Below are positions 47,379-58,257 of a stretch of DNA of 64,000 nucleotides, one piece after another. Positions within the stretch are counted from its first letter, which is position 1. The number at the start of each line of letters is the position of its first letter. Source of the stretch: Fuerstiella sp. (GTDB lineage Bacteria; Planctomycetota; Planctomycetia; Planctomycetales; Planctomycetaceae); the NCBI GenBank assembly GCA_039831575.1, contig JBDONA010001078.1, positions 135-64,134 on the forward strand, in the 5' to 3' direction. The translations under genes were made by a program, and so were the position numbers. Below the pieces are notes generated by a model. It was not told where the DNA came from and did no database searches. It saw only the letters and a list, made by a program, of their open reading frames with translations.

Positions 47379-47780
47379 ATGAGAACTCAGATTACTCCAA
47401 AAATAATTCGCCGACTTGTCGCTGCTGATGGCTATATGGAACTCAATATGCCTGGCAGAGCGATCGTGGAACTGGAAAAGGTCGAGCACGCTGGTCCGCT
47501 GGAAGGTCCACGTCGGCTGCTGATGGGGATCGCTCTCAAACGTTCCGGCGACGAACAGCAGGCGATTCCACATCTCGAAACCGCCGCCCGCATGATGCCA
47601 TCTCCGGTGCGACGGTTTGCCTGGAGCGAACTATCGAGCTGCTACCGTAGTATGGGCAACGAAGAACTGGCAGATCTTGCCGAAAAACTCGGTGGTGAAA
47701 GTGACTATGAACTGCGGATCGCCCTGCCCTCAGCGGAGTTGACAATCTCATCGACCGAGACTTTTCCCGAACTGATCTGA
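47379..47780 (+). CDS. hypothetical helical (TPR-like) protein
   Basis: ATG 47379 preceded by AAGGAG (47366-47371). Followed by a clean terminator. No family recognised. Confidence 0.6.
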   Translation: MRTQITPKIIRRLVAADGYMELNMPGRAIVELEKVEHAGPLEGPRRLLMGIALKRSGDEQQAIPHLETAARMMPSPVRRFAWSELSSCYRSMGNEELADLAEKLGGESDYELRIALPSAELTISSTETFPELI

Positions 47781-47824
47781 CGTAAACACATACACAGCAA
47801 GCACTCACGCCAAATTTTTTCCTG

Positions 47825-47855
47825 AGGATCCCGTTCACGACCGGGATCCTTTTTT
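47825..47855 (+). terminator. intrinsic terminator
   Basis: AGGATCCCG (47825-47833) / CGGGATCCT (47842-47850), 8-nt loop, T-run to 47855. Confidence 0.75.
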
Positions 47856-47971
47856 AATGCGCGGTGTTTCGAGCCCACGTCGGACGCCGAAGATCATATT
47901 GGCTCGGTTGTGCCGCCGAAGTAACTTACGCGGCTTGAAGTAACTGTACCTTCGTTCGATGGATCGAACAT

Positions 47972-48634
47972 ATGAATAAATTGCACCAGGTGTCAGCGGC
48001 AGCATTGCTTGTTGTCGTGCTCTCCAGTGGTTGTCGAGGTCGACAACATGCGCACGTTCTTGCCACGACTGATCAGGATATGGTCGGCAGCCACGAGGCG
48101 GGTGCCGAAACGTGGAAGCCGCTGATCGATGAGTCGGTCGCTCGCATGCTGGGCCGGGCCTGCAGTGATGTCAGGACCGTGTCCTTCACCGAATCGAACG
48201 GTCAGCCGGTACGTAACGTCTGCTTTGTGGGCGTCGAAAACCGCAGCATCGAAGGGATTGGTGATTTCCGTGAGCAGATCTACGAACACATCGATGCGTT
48301 GATCGGACAGTCCGACCAATTCCGTATGATCAGTCGTCGTTACGTCGAGGCCGCGATGGCGGAATGCCGCTGTCGTCCGGACGTACTCGTGCTGCCGGAA
48401 AAGCAACGTCAACTGCAGGCGGTTCTGGAACGAACCGACCAGCCGTTTGACTATCTACTGTTCGCTCAGATCACGTCCGGAACGACACGCAGCAACAAGA
48501 GCTACCAGCGCGACTACGTGTTGACTCTGGAACTGCTGGATATTCACTCCGGCGAATCACTGAAGGAACGCGCGACGCTGCGGAAGGGCTATCACAAATC
48601 AAAGCTTGGTGAATTGCGGCACTACGGAAAATAG
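47972..48634 (+). CDS. lipoprotein, LpoB-like fold (tentative)
   Basis: Lipobox 'LVVVLSSGC'. 'VCFVGVENRSIEGIGDFREQIYEHIDALIGQSDQFRMISRRYVEAAM' and 'YLLFAQITSG...LTLELLDIHSGE' follow the layout of penicillin-binding-protein activator LpoB. Pattern-level call only. Confidence 0.5.
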   Translation: MNKLHQVSAAALLVVVLSSGCRGRQHAHVLATTDQDMVGSHEAGAETWKPLIDESVARMLGRACSDVRTVSFTESNGQPVRNVCFVGVENRSIEGIGDFREQIYEHIDALIGQSDQFRMISRRYVEAAMAECRCRPDVLVLPEKQRQLQAVLERTDQPFDYLLFAQITSGTTRSNKSYQRDYVLTLELLDIHSGESLKERATLRKGYHKSKLGELRHYGK

Positions 48635-48793
48635 GGCCTCGTTAACGGCTTCGGTTCGGCCTCAACACTGTTCGGTTCTGGTGAATCTGGCCCCGGGGGC
48701 CATGTGTACTCTGATGGTGTTGTGATGTTGAAAAGTGTACTTGATCACTCTGCCGCACGTGTCACCGTGCGAGTTCTGGATGGCCCGCGTTCC

Positions 48794-50227
48794 ATGCGAT
48801 TTTACGTCCCCTTCTCATCCTGCTGTGCAGGCATCTTTTGTCTGGTGCTGTTGTTGTGTTGTGGTTGCAGGACAGCCACCAGGCATCAATTGGCCGCTAT
48901 CGCCCGCGTCGATAGAGGCACTCCGGAAGACGCGTTGGCGGAGTTTGACAAAGCTGCGGCAGCACGGGGGGCTGACAGGGAGGTTATCGCGCTTGATCGC
49001 GCCCTGGCAGTTCTGATGACCGGTCAACCAACCGCGGCAGAGGCATCGTTTCGAGAGACTCGCAAGCGTCTGGATTTTCTGCGGCAGAAGGATCTGCGGG
49101 AACAGACGACGGCCATGATGACTGATGACAAAGCCGTGGCATGGTCGGGCCGCGAGTTTGAACAGAGGATGATTGACAATCTGTTGATTCTGTCGAGCCT
49201 GCTTGGCAACCAGCAGGACGCATTCGCATACGCCGGTCAGGCGACGGAAAAACTCGCAGCGGACCGTCAGGAACTTGCCGCCTCGAAGCCCGAGCCTGAC
49301 GTAATTATCGTCCGGCACTCTGAAGAAGATCAGGCGGCCACAGCACCGTCACGGTTTTCCGCGAATGCCTTGTCAGCCTACCTGAATGCTGCAATCCGTT
49401 CCGAGAATCCAATGGACGCGGACCTGACTCAACGAGCCATCCAGCAGGTCGGGTACTGGTCGTCGCCGGACAGCGATGTTGCAAACAACCAGCCGCCACC
49501 AATCGTCAACGCCAGTTTTGGGACGAACAGTCAGCAGGGAAACGGCGTTGTGCACATTATTACTTTTACCGGTCGCATTACGGATTGGCTGCCCGAACCG
49601 GCGGCTCCGACTTCGGCGGCACTGCTGATTGCGGATCAGATTCTTAGTGCCGTGGGTGATCACACGTTGCCGCCCACCGTGGCACCTGTGCAGATTGCAA
49701 ACCCGGCCATACGTGTCAGTACGCATCCGCTGACAACCGTTGTCCGGGGCGGGCAGGAAGGGCCAACGTCTCTTCGCAGCCGTGTGCTGGTGGATCTGAA
49801 TCAGGCCGCGTGGGATTCATACGAAGCTGATCGCAACAATCAGATTGCGCGAGCCGTTTCACGACGAATCATTAAGAAGGGAGCTGTGTACGCAGCGAAA
49901 GACCAGATGTCTGTGGCCGGCGGTTCAGGCACGGACCTGCTGATGAATCTCGGCGGCATCGCCTGGGAAGCTCTGGAGAAGCCCGACACACGGCATCTGC
50001 ATCTGTTGCCCGAGCGAATCGAAGTCGTGCAGCTCGAACTACCCGCGGGCGATCATACGTTGGAAGTTTCATCGGTTACGAAAGGCGGCAAGTCGATGGA
50101 GCCACCACCGGGGACAGAATGGCAGCAGGTTCCGGTCCGCGTCGAAGACGGCCGCAACACTTTCGTCCTTTGTTTTCGCTCTCAGCGATCCACGGTCAGC
50201 ACGGTAGTGAGCAACCAACCACCGTAG
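48794..50227 (+). CDS. lipoprotein of unknown function (N-terminal helical repeat region)
   Basis: ATG 48794 gives 'MRFYVPFSSCCAGIFCLVLLLCCGC' with a lipobox. The track ORF starts 30 codons upstream. Confidence 0.6.
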   Translation: MRFYVPFSSCCAGIFCLVLLLCCGCRTATRHQLAAIARVDRGTPEDALAEFDKAAAARGADREVIALDRALAVLMTGQPTAAEASFRETRKRLDFLRQKDLREQTTAMMTDDKAVAWSGREFEQRMIDNLLILSSLLGNQQDAFAYAGQATEKLAADRQELAASKPEPDVIIVRHSEEDQAATAPSRFSANALSAYLNAAIRSENPMDADLTQRAIQQVGYWSSPDSDVANNQPPPIVNASFGTNSQQGNGVVHIITFTGRITDWLPEPAAPTSAALLIADQILSAVGDHTLPPTVAPVQIANPAIRVSTHPLTTVVRGGQEGPTSLRSRVLVDLNQAAWDSYEADRNNQIARAVSRRIIKKGAVYAAKDQMSVAGGSGTDLLMNLGGIAWEALEKPDTRHLHLLPERIEVVQLELPAGDHTLEVSSVTKGGKSMEPPPGTEWQQVPVRVEDGRNTFVLCFRSQRSTVSTVVSNQPP

Positions 50228-50361
50228 GCCGATGTCTTCGATATCAGAATCAACCGCGACATGGATACTTCGGTCGCATCCTGTTGATGGATCGGCGTCT
50301 GCAGAAGTCAGGCACGAAACCGACCGGTTGTCCGCACTGTCGTTCCGGTCCCAGCGGCAGT

Positions 50362-51354
50362 TCAGTTAACAATCGTGCCGGTGACGTTCAGACGCAACAG
50401 TTCTTCACGGCCATTGATCTTCACGATCAGTTGTTCAGAGAATCTTCCTGGGCGATTCGGAGCGACGAATTCGATCGGGACGGAGTGGATTTTTCGTGCG
50501 TCCTTGCTGATCGCAGCTTTGAAGCAGTCGGCCATGCCTTCACAATTGACAGAGTCAATGGTGAAAGGTGTCTTGCCTCTGACAACGATCTGCCTGGTTG
50601 CCGTTTTTCCGGCCGGGACAACGCCAACATCGATCACCCCGGGAACGATTGTAAATTCGGACGCCACATGGCCATCCACCATCAACGGCACATAAGGATT
50701 CGTACGGTCGTTGGTGATGATTGTCACGCGGTCGCGGATACGCCCCACATTTGCGTTGCCGCTTAATGTTAACGTCAGCCTGAACCTGACCAGACCCGCT
50801 GAGTGTTGAGGAGCGCTGAGGGTTGCCTTTATGTCTTTGTTGCCGAACTTGATATCGACAATATTCCAGTCAGCACGGCCGGCGTAAGCAATGTCAACAA
50901 CAGCCGTGCCTTCGCTGCCGTTCTGGACTTCACCGAAATCCAGCAGGCCAGGAGAGATCACAACGTCGGTTCGAATGTACGCGGAAATCGGAATTCTCAG
51001 TTCAGCAAACCGTGGGCTGTCAAACACGATGATCAGGTTTGAGTCTTTTCGCCGGCTGAACTTCTGAGTATTCATCTGCACTTCAACGTACGTCGATTCG
51101 CCCGGCTGAAGTGTCTGCTTGCCGGTCGTTGCGGCGGAACACCCACAGGTCGTGCTGACGCTGGAAATGTGTACGACCCCGGGATACACATTCTTCACCT
51201 GGATCAGCTTCTTCGCCTCAGATCCTGTTGCGATGACCCCGAAGTCGATCTTTTTTGCGGCCACCATCTGCTGAGCCCATGGATCTGCTGACGCACCGTC
51301 AGCGGCGATCACCAGGGTCAGAACGACAAAGATTGAGTGTTTGAAATTCCTCAT
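50362..51354 (-). CDS. DUF1573-domain protein, secreted
   Basis: ATG 51354 gives 'MRNFKHSIFVVLTLVIAADGASA'. 'IDFGVIATGSEAKKLIQVKNVYPGVVHISSVSTTCGCSAA'. Confidence 0.75.
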   Translation of the reverse strand: MRNFKHSIFVVLTLVIAADGASADPWAQQMVAAKKIDFGVIATGSEAKKLIQVKNVYPGVVHISSVSTTCGCSAATTGKQTLQPGESTYVEVQMNTQKFSRRKDSNLIIVFDSPRFAELRIPISAYIRTDVVISPGLLDFGEVQNGSEGTAVVDIAYAGRADWNIVDIKFGNKDIKATLSAPQHSAGLVRFRLTLTLSGNANVGRIRDRVTIITNDRTNPYVPLMVDGHVASEFTIVPGVIDVGVVPAGKTATRQIVVRGKTPFTIDSVNCEGMADCFKAAISKDARKIHSVPIEFVAPNRPGRFSEQLIVKINGREELLRLNVTGTIVN

Positions 51355-51808
51355 TTCAGGATCCACATCTGTTGAAGTGCTACGTGAATAAGTCACCGAA
51401 ACATGGGTCCCCGTGTTCTTTGTAACACGAAAAACCATTGGGTCGTCTATGTTTCAGCGAGGGACACGGCAGACGAATACGGCAGCAGTGAGAGGCGGGA
51501 CCGACCCCATTTACGAGTCTGGATCGGCGAATGAACGCAAGGTACGTTAAACGCAACGCCAAAGCCTGTCAATCAGTGAGTATCAGGCCCCACAGTGTCG
51601 GAAAGGCAAGGAAAACTGTCTTACTTAGACCTGCGATGGGACGAGTTGCACAGGCGAAGATCCGACACACTGGTCAACCAATGTGTGACCCGCACTGTCC
51701 ATGTTATCCATGAAGTTTGCGCTGGCGACGGACATCTTTCAGCTGTTTGACTTGTGTTGCGGCGACGTGCAATCTGGTGGGCCCGTTATTCCTGCGTGCA
51801 CCTGCCCA

Positions 51809-52144
51809 TTAGCTTCTTTCTGAACCGTATGTCGGCGGAAATTCCGACACTGCCTCCTGAAAAAGCGACACCCAGGCTTTGATCAGAGGGGCGATCACAG
51901 GCACGTTGGACTTCACAATTAATACCAGCGGCGCATACAGCATCTCAACAATGGCGCTGAACGTTGGCATGTCAAACCTCTTCACCATGAAAACTGCCGG
52001 GCCGGCGGTGATCACATAACTGATGAAGAATGCGACGCCGGAAAATGCGATGCTCAGGCGACGCTCGCGTTTTGTCGGTGGCGCTGCAGCACTGCGCGAA
52101 GCTGTGTCGGCACTGTCATTGGGACCATCAGCTGGGTTTGACAT
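51809..52144 (-). CDS. small membrane protein (tentative)
   Basis: ATG 52144 ('MSNPADGPND...'). Hydrophobic 'IAFSGVAFFISYVITAGPAVFMV'. No family recognised. Confidence 0.4.
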   Translation of the reverse strand: MSNPADGPNDSADTASRSAAAPPTKRERRLSIAFSGVAFFISYVITAGPAVFMVKRFDMPTFSAIVEMLYAPLVLIVKSNVPVIAPLIKAWVSLFQEAVSEFPPTYGSERS

Positions 52145-52291
52145 TTGATTGGTCCGGTATGTTTCCCGGCAACTAACCCCCAAGACAACGCAATCCTGAT
52201 TTGCCGGACGGCGCGATGGCCCCGCCCGACTGGTCCCTGCGGAACACGACGAACGCCTGGAATTGGTCCGCAGCCGACCACGAACAGACCG

Positions 52292-52714
52292 TCAGTCCAG
52301 AAACCGGCTGCGTTCTTCCGGGGTCGGTAAACGACAGGATTCGCGTTTGCCGAACAGTCGGTAGCGAAGAGACGAGACGATTCGATAGCCGATGTCACGC
52401 AGCGGCCAGGGAATGAGCCACAACATGGCACCCAGTATACGCCAGCCGCCACCAATCCGCATCAGAATTCTGGCCAGGGCAGCGGACCGATAGTACAGCC
52501 GACCACGATTCGCGAAAACGAAGGTGTTAAGATCACGGCGGACGCTGTCGGGTACAAGATTCGCCGCTGTTTCTCCCTGCAGCGGAGCGAACTTCAACAC
52601 GGCCCGACGGTCTTGCGACATTAGAAAGTTGACCGTGTGATTGCACAGCCCGCACACCCCATCGAAGAAAACGACGGCGTCCTGTTCGGTGTTTTTGTGG
52701 GTGCTGCTGCTCAT
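52292..52714 (-). CDS. thiol-disulfide oxidoreductase DCC (DUF393) family
   Basis: ATG 52714. 'VVFFDGVCGLCNHTVNFLM' with the CxxC motif. Confidence 0.8.
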   Translation of the reverse strand: MSSSTHKNTEQDAVVFFDGVCGLCNHTVNFLMSQDRRAVLKFAPLQGETAANLVPDSVRRDLNTFVFANRGRLYYRSAALARILMRIGGGWRILGAMLWLIPWPLRDIGYRIVSSLRYRLFGKRESCRLPTPEERSRFLD

Positions 52715-53165
52715 GAAGTCTTGTGACACGAAATGGAAACTCAGATTAGAAACCGTCGAGCGACCACGATCGTAACAGGAGATTTGCACAGTTCGAAGGA
52801 ACTCTTGTTTCATTGCGATAATCGTCGATTGTCGAATAAATCAATACGCGAAATGGTGGCGCGACAACAACAGCTTCAGAATTTGTGCTACGGCGCAGGT
52901 CTGACCCGGTCGGGGTGGACCATATGTCAGGAACGGGGCACGGCCTGAGAATGCCGCAAAACCATGCGGAATCAGGCTCTCTTTCGCATCGTCAGTGTTT
53001 TTGTGTGGTCAGTCTACAACCCGCAAGGAAGACGTCGTCGCAATGTTGCAGGCGAGGCTATCGGGCGGCAGGGGGCATGCCATTAGCTTGGCACGTTGAG
53101 GTGTTCCGGGTTACACTTCCCGATCACGGCAACGCCAGGACCGGCGATCTCATCCGGGAGATGCA

Positions 53166-56100
53166 ATGACTGCGTCGGACAATTCGGCCAATTCCGCTCA
53201 GCGATCTCTCGTGTCGCCGTCGTTTGTCGGCTACCTGGTGATGAGTTTCCTGACGGCCGTCAACGACAATATGTTTCGTTGGCTGATCGTTCCGATTGCG
53301 AAATATCACTTCACCAGAGCCTCTGATCTCACGGACGCTCAGATTGAAGCCAATGAGGCCACGGTGCTGTCGCTGGGTCTGGGGTGCTTCATTCTGCCGT
53401 TCATTCTATTTGCTCCGTGGTCGGGGTGGGTCGCGGATCGCTTCAGCAAACGCAGTTCCACCATCTGGTTAAAGGTCGCCGAAGCTTTCATTATGGCGAT
53501 AGGGCTGCTTTCCATCTGGCTGGGCAACCTGACCATCATGTACACGGTGTTGTTTCTGATGGGCACCCAAAGTGCTTTGTTAAGTACTGCGAAGTTCGGC
53601 ATCATTCCGGAACTCGTCCCGCGAGAAAAACTGTCCGCCGCGAATGGACTGGCAGGGCTGGTCACGCTGATCGCTGTGATTGTCGGCACGGTCGCTGGCA
53701 ACGAACTGTATGCAGCCACCGGCCCCGATGGCCTCAGCAGACTCTGGATTTCTGCCACCGCGTTGCTGGGCGTGGCCTGTGCCGGCATTGTCTCCAGCAT
53801 CATGATCACTCACGTGACGCCGGCAAATCCCGGGATCCGCTTCCCGGCAAACCCGGTCACTGCATCCTGGCGAGACTTCAAACTTCTGATCAGCGACCGT
53901 CCGATCCTGAGAGTCAGCCTGGGCATCGCATTTTTCTGGTCACTGGCGTCGTTGGCTCAGCTGAACATCGATACGTTCGTGATCCAAAAACTGAGGATGA
54001 GCCAGCCTGATGTTGGCAAATACCTGGCGGTTCTGTCGGTTGGAGTGGGAATCGGCAGCGTGCTGGCTGGGTTCTGGTCAGGTGGTCGAGTCGAATTGGG
54101 GATGGTGCCGCTGGGCGCGGTGATGATGGCCGCTGCGTGCCTGCTGGCTTTCCTGTGCGGTGACTCGTGGTGGCTGTTTGGAATATCGCTCGTTATGATC
54201 GGCATGGGCGGCGGCCTGTTCAATGTGCCACTGAATGCCTACGTGCAGGACCGCAGTCCGCATGAATCGCTGGGTGCCATCCTGGCCGCCGGACATCAGC
54301 TGACGGCCGTCGGCATTCTGATGGTGTCCGGTCTGTTTCCTTTTCTGCGAAATGGCATGGGGTGCACGGCCGACCAGATCTTTTTGATTGCCGGTCTGGG
54401 TACGTTGCCCATTGTTGTGTACGTCGTCTGGCTGATTCCTCAGGCGACGATTCGATTTCTGGTGTGGTTGCTTAGTCGCACGGTCTACCGAGTACGCACC
54501 CATGGCGTGGAGAATATCCCGGAACGGGGGCCTGCGTTACTGGTGGCGAACCACGTCACATGGATTGACGGTGTGTTGATTCTGCTGGCAAGTTCGCGCC
54601 CGATCCGCATGATCGCCTACGCAGATTACGTCAAGGGGGGCGTGATTGGCTGGTTGTCGAAGTTGTTTCAGATCATTCCCATCAAGAGCGGCGAGGGGCC
54701 CAAAGCACTGGTCAAGTCACTCAACATGGCCCGTGATGCTCTTAAGAACGGAGAACTTGTCTGTATCTTTGCGGAAGGTCAGATCTCACGCACGGGCGAA
54801 CTGCTGAAGTTTGAACGTGGGATGATCAAAATCCTGAAAGGCACAGACGCGCCGGTCCTTCCCGTTTATCTGGACGAGCTCTGGGGCAGCATTTTCAGCT
54901 ACCACGGCGGAAAGTTCTTTTGGAAGAAGCCTAAGCACTGGCCCTATCCAGTGACGATTAATTTTGGAACACTGATGCCGCACAAAGACGTGACCGATGC
55001 CGATGCTGTGCGGCAGGACGTGCTGGACCTCAAGGACGAATCTGCCAGACGCAGAAAGGACCGCAGTATGATTCCCGCTCTTCGCTTTATTCGTCAGTGC
55101 CGCCTGGCATGGCGGCGCACCAAAGTCGCCGATTCTGCCGGCACGGATTTGACGGGCGGCAGACTGCTTACGGGTGCTCTGGCTTTTCGCAAGCTGCTGA
55201 CGGATTCTGTGTTGCCACCCGACGACAAAATGGTTGGCTTGTTATTGCCACCGTCCGCAGGAGGAGCTGTCGCTAACCTGGCCGTTAGTTTGGCCGGCAA
55301 AGTCAGTGTCAATCTGAACTACACTCTGACGGATGACGTGGTTAACTTCTGCATCAAAGATGCGGGCATCAAACGCATTATCACCAGCAGAAAGTTCATG
55401 GAAAAACGTCCCATGCAGCTGGATGCTGAGCTGGTGTACATGGAGGACCTGAAGGAGCAGATTGGTGGACTGGCGAAAGTGAAAGCGATGGCCGTCGCCA
55501 GATTCATGCCGCTGGGCATGCTGACAAAAAAACTCGGCCTGCAGAACGCGAAACCAGACGACCTGATGACAATCATCTTTACGTCCGGGTCGACCGGTGA
55601 GCCCAAGGGCGTGATGCTGTCGAACAACAATATTAACTCCAACCTTGATGCGGCCAGCCAGATGCTGCATCTGGACGGCAACGATGTTATCCTGGGCGTG
55701 CTGCCGTTCTTTCATTCCTTTGGTTTTACCGTCTGCATGTGGTTGCCCTTCTGCATGGATCCGGGCGCGGTTTATCACTTTAACCCACTGGATTCCCGAA
55801 TGGTGGGCCGATTGATCGAAAAGCATAAGGTCACCATCATTGCAGCGACGCCAACGTTCCTGAAGTCGTACATGAAACGTTGCAGCACAGATCAAATGAA
55901 GACGGTGGACCTGGCGCTGCTGGGGGCGGAAAAAATGCCGCCGGAATTGCGGGTTGCCTGGAAAGAAAAATACGGCTTCGAACCAACAGAAGCATACGGG
56001 ACGACCGAACTGTCACCTGCCGCCGCACTGAACGTTCCGGACAACCGATCCGGTCGCAGCGGTGCAGATTCGGCCACACGGCACGGCACGGTTGGTCAGG

Positions 56101-56657
56101 CCATCCCGGGTTCGGAAGCCGCCATCTTTCATCCGGACACGGGAGAGAGACTTGGACTGTATGAAGAAGGCCTGCTGCACATCAAGGGTCCCAACGTGAT
56201 GCTGGGCTATTTGAATCGTGCCGAAAAGACGGCCGAAGTGCTGAAGGACGGCTGGTACAACACTGGAGACATCGCAAAGATCGACGACGACGGGTTCATC
56301 GAAATCACCGGTCGCCAGAGTCGGTTCTCCAAGATCGGTGGTGAAATGGTGCCGCACATCCGCATCGAACAGGAACTGACTCGCATCATCGACGACGATC
56401 TGACCGACGAACCGGAAATTCTGTGTGCGGTCACCGCCGTGCCCGACGCGAAAAAAGGTGAACGCCTGATCGTACTGCATAAGCCTTTCACGAAACCTCT
56501 GCGTCAGGTCCTGGACGAGTTACAACAGGCTGGCCTGCCCAATCTGTGGATTCCGTCCACAGACAGTTTTCTGGAAATGGAAAACATTCCGCTGCTGGGG
56601 ACGGGCAAACTGGATCTGAAGGCGGTGAAGGATGTCGCGATGAAGAAATTCGGGTAG
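53166..56657 (+). CDS. triple fusion: MFS lysophospholipid transporter (LplT-like) / PlsC-type acyltransferase / acyl-ACP synthetase (Aas-like)
   Basis: N-terminal ~420 aa with about 12 TM helices. '[13 protein letters not shown]' HxxxxD acyltransferase motif. AMP-binding '[19 protein letters not shown]' and '[32 protein letters not shown]'. Confidence 0.85.
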   Translation: MTASDNSANSAQRSLVSPSFVGYLVMSFLTAVNDNMFRWLIVPIAKYHFTRASDLTDAQIEANEATVLSLGLGCFILPFILFAPWSGWVADRFSKRSSTIWLKVAEAFIMAIGLLSIWLGNLTIMYTVLFLMGTQSALLSTAKFGIIPELVPREKLSAANGLAGLVTLIAVIVGTVAGNELYAATGPDGLSRLWISATALLGVACAGIVSSIMITHVTPANPGIRFPANPVTASWRDFKLLISDRPILRVSLGIAFFWSLASLAQLNIDTFVIQKLRMSQPDVGKYLAVLSVGVGIGSVLAGFWSGGRVELGMVPLGAVMMAAACLLAFLCGDSWWLFGISLVMIGMGGGLFNVPLNAYVQDRSPHESLGAILAAGHQLTAVGILMVSGLFPFLRNGMGCTADQIFLIAGLGTLPIVVYVVWLIPQATIRFLVWLLSRTVYRVRTHGVENIPERGPALLVANHVTWIDGVLILLASSRPIRMIAYADYVKGGVIGWLSKLFQIIPIKSGEGPKALVKSLNMARDALKNGELVCIFAEGQISRTGELLKFERGMIKILKGTDAPVLPVYLDELWGSIFSYHGGKFFWKKPKHWPYPVTINFGTLMPHKDVTDADAVRQDVLDLKDESARRRKDRSMIPALRFIRQCRLAWRRTKVADSAGTDLTGGRLLTGALAFRKLLTDSVLPPDDKMVGLLLPPSAGGAVANLAVSLAGKVSVNLNYTLTDDVVNFCIKDAGIKRIITSRKFMEKRPMQLDAELVYMEDLKEQIGGLAKVKAMAVARFMPLGMLTKKLGLQNAKPDDLMTIIFTSGSTGEPKGVMLSNNNINSNLDAASQMLHLDGNDVILGVLPFFHSFGFTVCMWLPFCMDPGAVYHFNPLDSRMVGRLIEKHKVTIIAATPTFLKSYMKRCSTDQMKTVDLALLGAEKMPPELRVAWKEKYGFEPTEAYGTTELSPAAALNVPDNRSGRSGADSATRHGTVGQAIPGSEAAIFHPDTGERLGLYEEGLLHIKGPNVMLGYLNRAEKTAEVLKDGWYNTGDIAKIDDDGFIEITGRQSRFSKIGGEMVPHIRIEQELTRIIDDDLTDEPEILCAVTAVPDAKKGERLIVLHKPFTKPLRQVLDELQQAGLPNLWIPSTDSFLEMENIPLLGTGKLDLKAVKDVAMKKFG

Positions 56658-56974
56658 GTCCGTTTCAGCGAATCTCACACTGGACGCGGCTGTCCTGGTA
56701 ATACACATTCATGACCTTAAGGTCCTGCCATGCCGTCAGTGGGTTTGAATCGCGTGAGATCAGCCGCCATGCGGTCTGCACAGCCGCTCGTACGGCGGCG
56801 ATGTAACGTTATTATCGGTGTCGAATCACAGGTTCGCTCCTGTCGCGTGAAACAGCCCTGCAAACCCACAAGGATGGGCTGGTATTTGGCCGACGATCGA
56901 GAATAATAGTCGTTCCCACCGTTTCACAGGTCTTACCCCTCGGACCTGTCCCTCCCTCCACTTAGCACTGTGCC

Positions 56975-58255
56975 ATGCGCTCGCCCACAGCAAACCGACG
57001 TACGTTTCTGAAGGCCGCAGGTGTCTGCGTCGCCCTGCCCACACTTGAGTCTTTACTGCGGGTTGCAGCTGCTGCCGAAAACACGGCTCCGCCTCGCCGG
57101 ATGGTTTGTGTGGGCAATGAGTTCGGGATGTACGGCGAGGCCTTCTGGCCAAAGACGTTCGGTGCGGACTACGAAACGACAACACTGTTGCAGCCGCTGG
57201 CTGCACACCGCAGCGATCTGACACTTTTTTCGCACCTTGATCACGGACACAAAGGCGGCCACTTTGCGGTTCACACTTTTTTGACCGGTGTGAAAGCCGC
57301 TGAAGCGAAGGCCATGCCGGAAGGTGGCATCAGCCTTGATCAGCGTGCGGCCGAATTTGTCGGTTCGCGAACCCGGTTTCCATCATTGACGATCGGGTCC
57401 GCCGACGGTCTGCACGGTGGCTGTCAAATGAGCTGGACGCGCACGGGCACGCGAGTTCCCCCCATCTCAGGTCCCCGCGAACTGTTCCGTGCGTTGTTTG
57501 TGGAAAACAACGCAGACGCAAAACGCAAAGCTGAGGACCGGATTCAGTTGCAGGGATCAATTCTGGACGCCGTTCTGGGTGATGCCAGGTCGCTGAAGAA
57601 ACGAGTCAGCAGGGACGACGGACGGAAGGTGGACGAATACCTTTCATCCGTACGAGCGGTCGAAACGAAGCTTGAACTTGATCGGCACTGGCTGAAGATT
57701 GCGAAGCCGAAAACAGAAATGTCCGAACCGGAAAACCTCGGACTGGCACCCGACCTGCCTGCGATCTACGACCTTGTCGCGCTGGCGCTGCAAACGGATT
57801 CCACTCGAGTCGCGACGCTGGAAATCGGCGGCAGTTTTGCGGCATCAGACATCGGCATTCGCAAGGGGTACCACGGCCTGTCGCATCACGGCAAGGACGA
57901 GGAAAATATCAAATTGCTGGTGCAGATCGAACTGTATCAGATGGAACAGTTTGCTCGGTTTCTGGACAAACTAAAGTCGATCCACGAACCCCATAGCGAC
58001 GGTACCTTGCTCGACAGCACAATGGCAATGCTGGGCAGCGGTATGGGCAACGCCAATTCGCATACCAACAACGACCTGCCGATTGTTCTGGCCGGTGGTG
58101 GTTTCCGACACGGTGAACACAAGCAGCATCCGAGAGAAAGCAACAGACGAATTCCTTTGTGCAATCTTTATGCTTCAATGTTGCAGCGATTCGGCGTTGA
58201 GACGGACAGGTTCAGCACCGGCACCGGCACATTGACCGGTCTGGAGTGGGCGTGA
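56975..58255 (+). CDS. DUF1552-family protein with Tat signal
   Basis: 'RRTFLKAAGVCVALP'. 'GYHGLSHHGKDEEN'. 'DLPIVLAGGGFRHGEH'. Confidence 0.85.
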   Translation: MRSPTANRRTFLKAAGVCVALPTLESLLRVAAAAENTAPPRRMVCVGNEFGMYGEAFWPKTFGADYETTTLLQPLAAHRSDLTLFSHLDHGHKGGHFAVHTFLTGVKAAEAKAMPEGGISLDQRAAEFVGSRTRFPSLTIGSADGLHGGCQMSWTRTGTRVPPISGPRELFRALFVENNADAKRKAEDRIQLQGSILDAVLGDARSLKKRVSRDDGRKVDEYLSSVRAVETKLELDRHWLKIAKPKTEMSEPENLGLAPDLPAIYDLVALALQTDSTRVATLEIGGSFAASDIGIRKGYHGLSHHGKDEENIKLLVQIELYQMEQFARFLDKLKSIHEPHSDGTLLDSTMAMLGSGMGNANSHTNNDLPIVLAGGGFRHGEHKQHPRESNRRIPLCNLYASMLQRFGVETDRFSTGTGTLTGLEWA

Positions 58256-58257
58256 AA

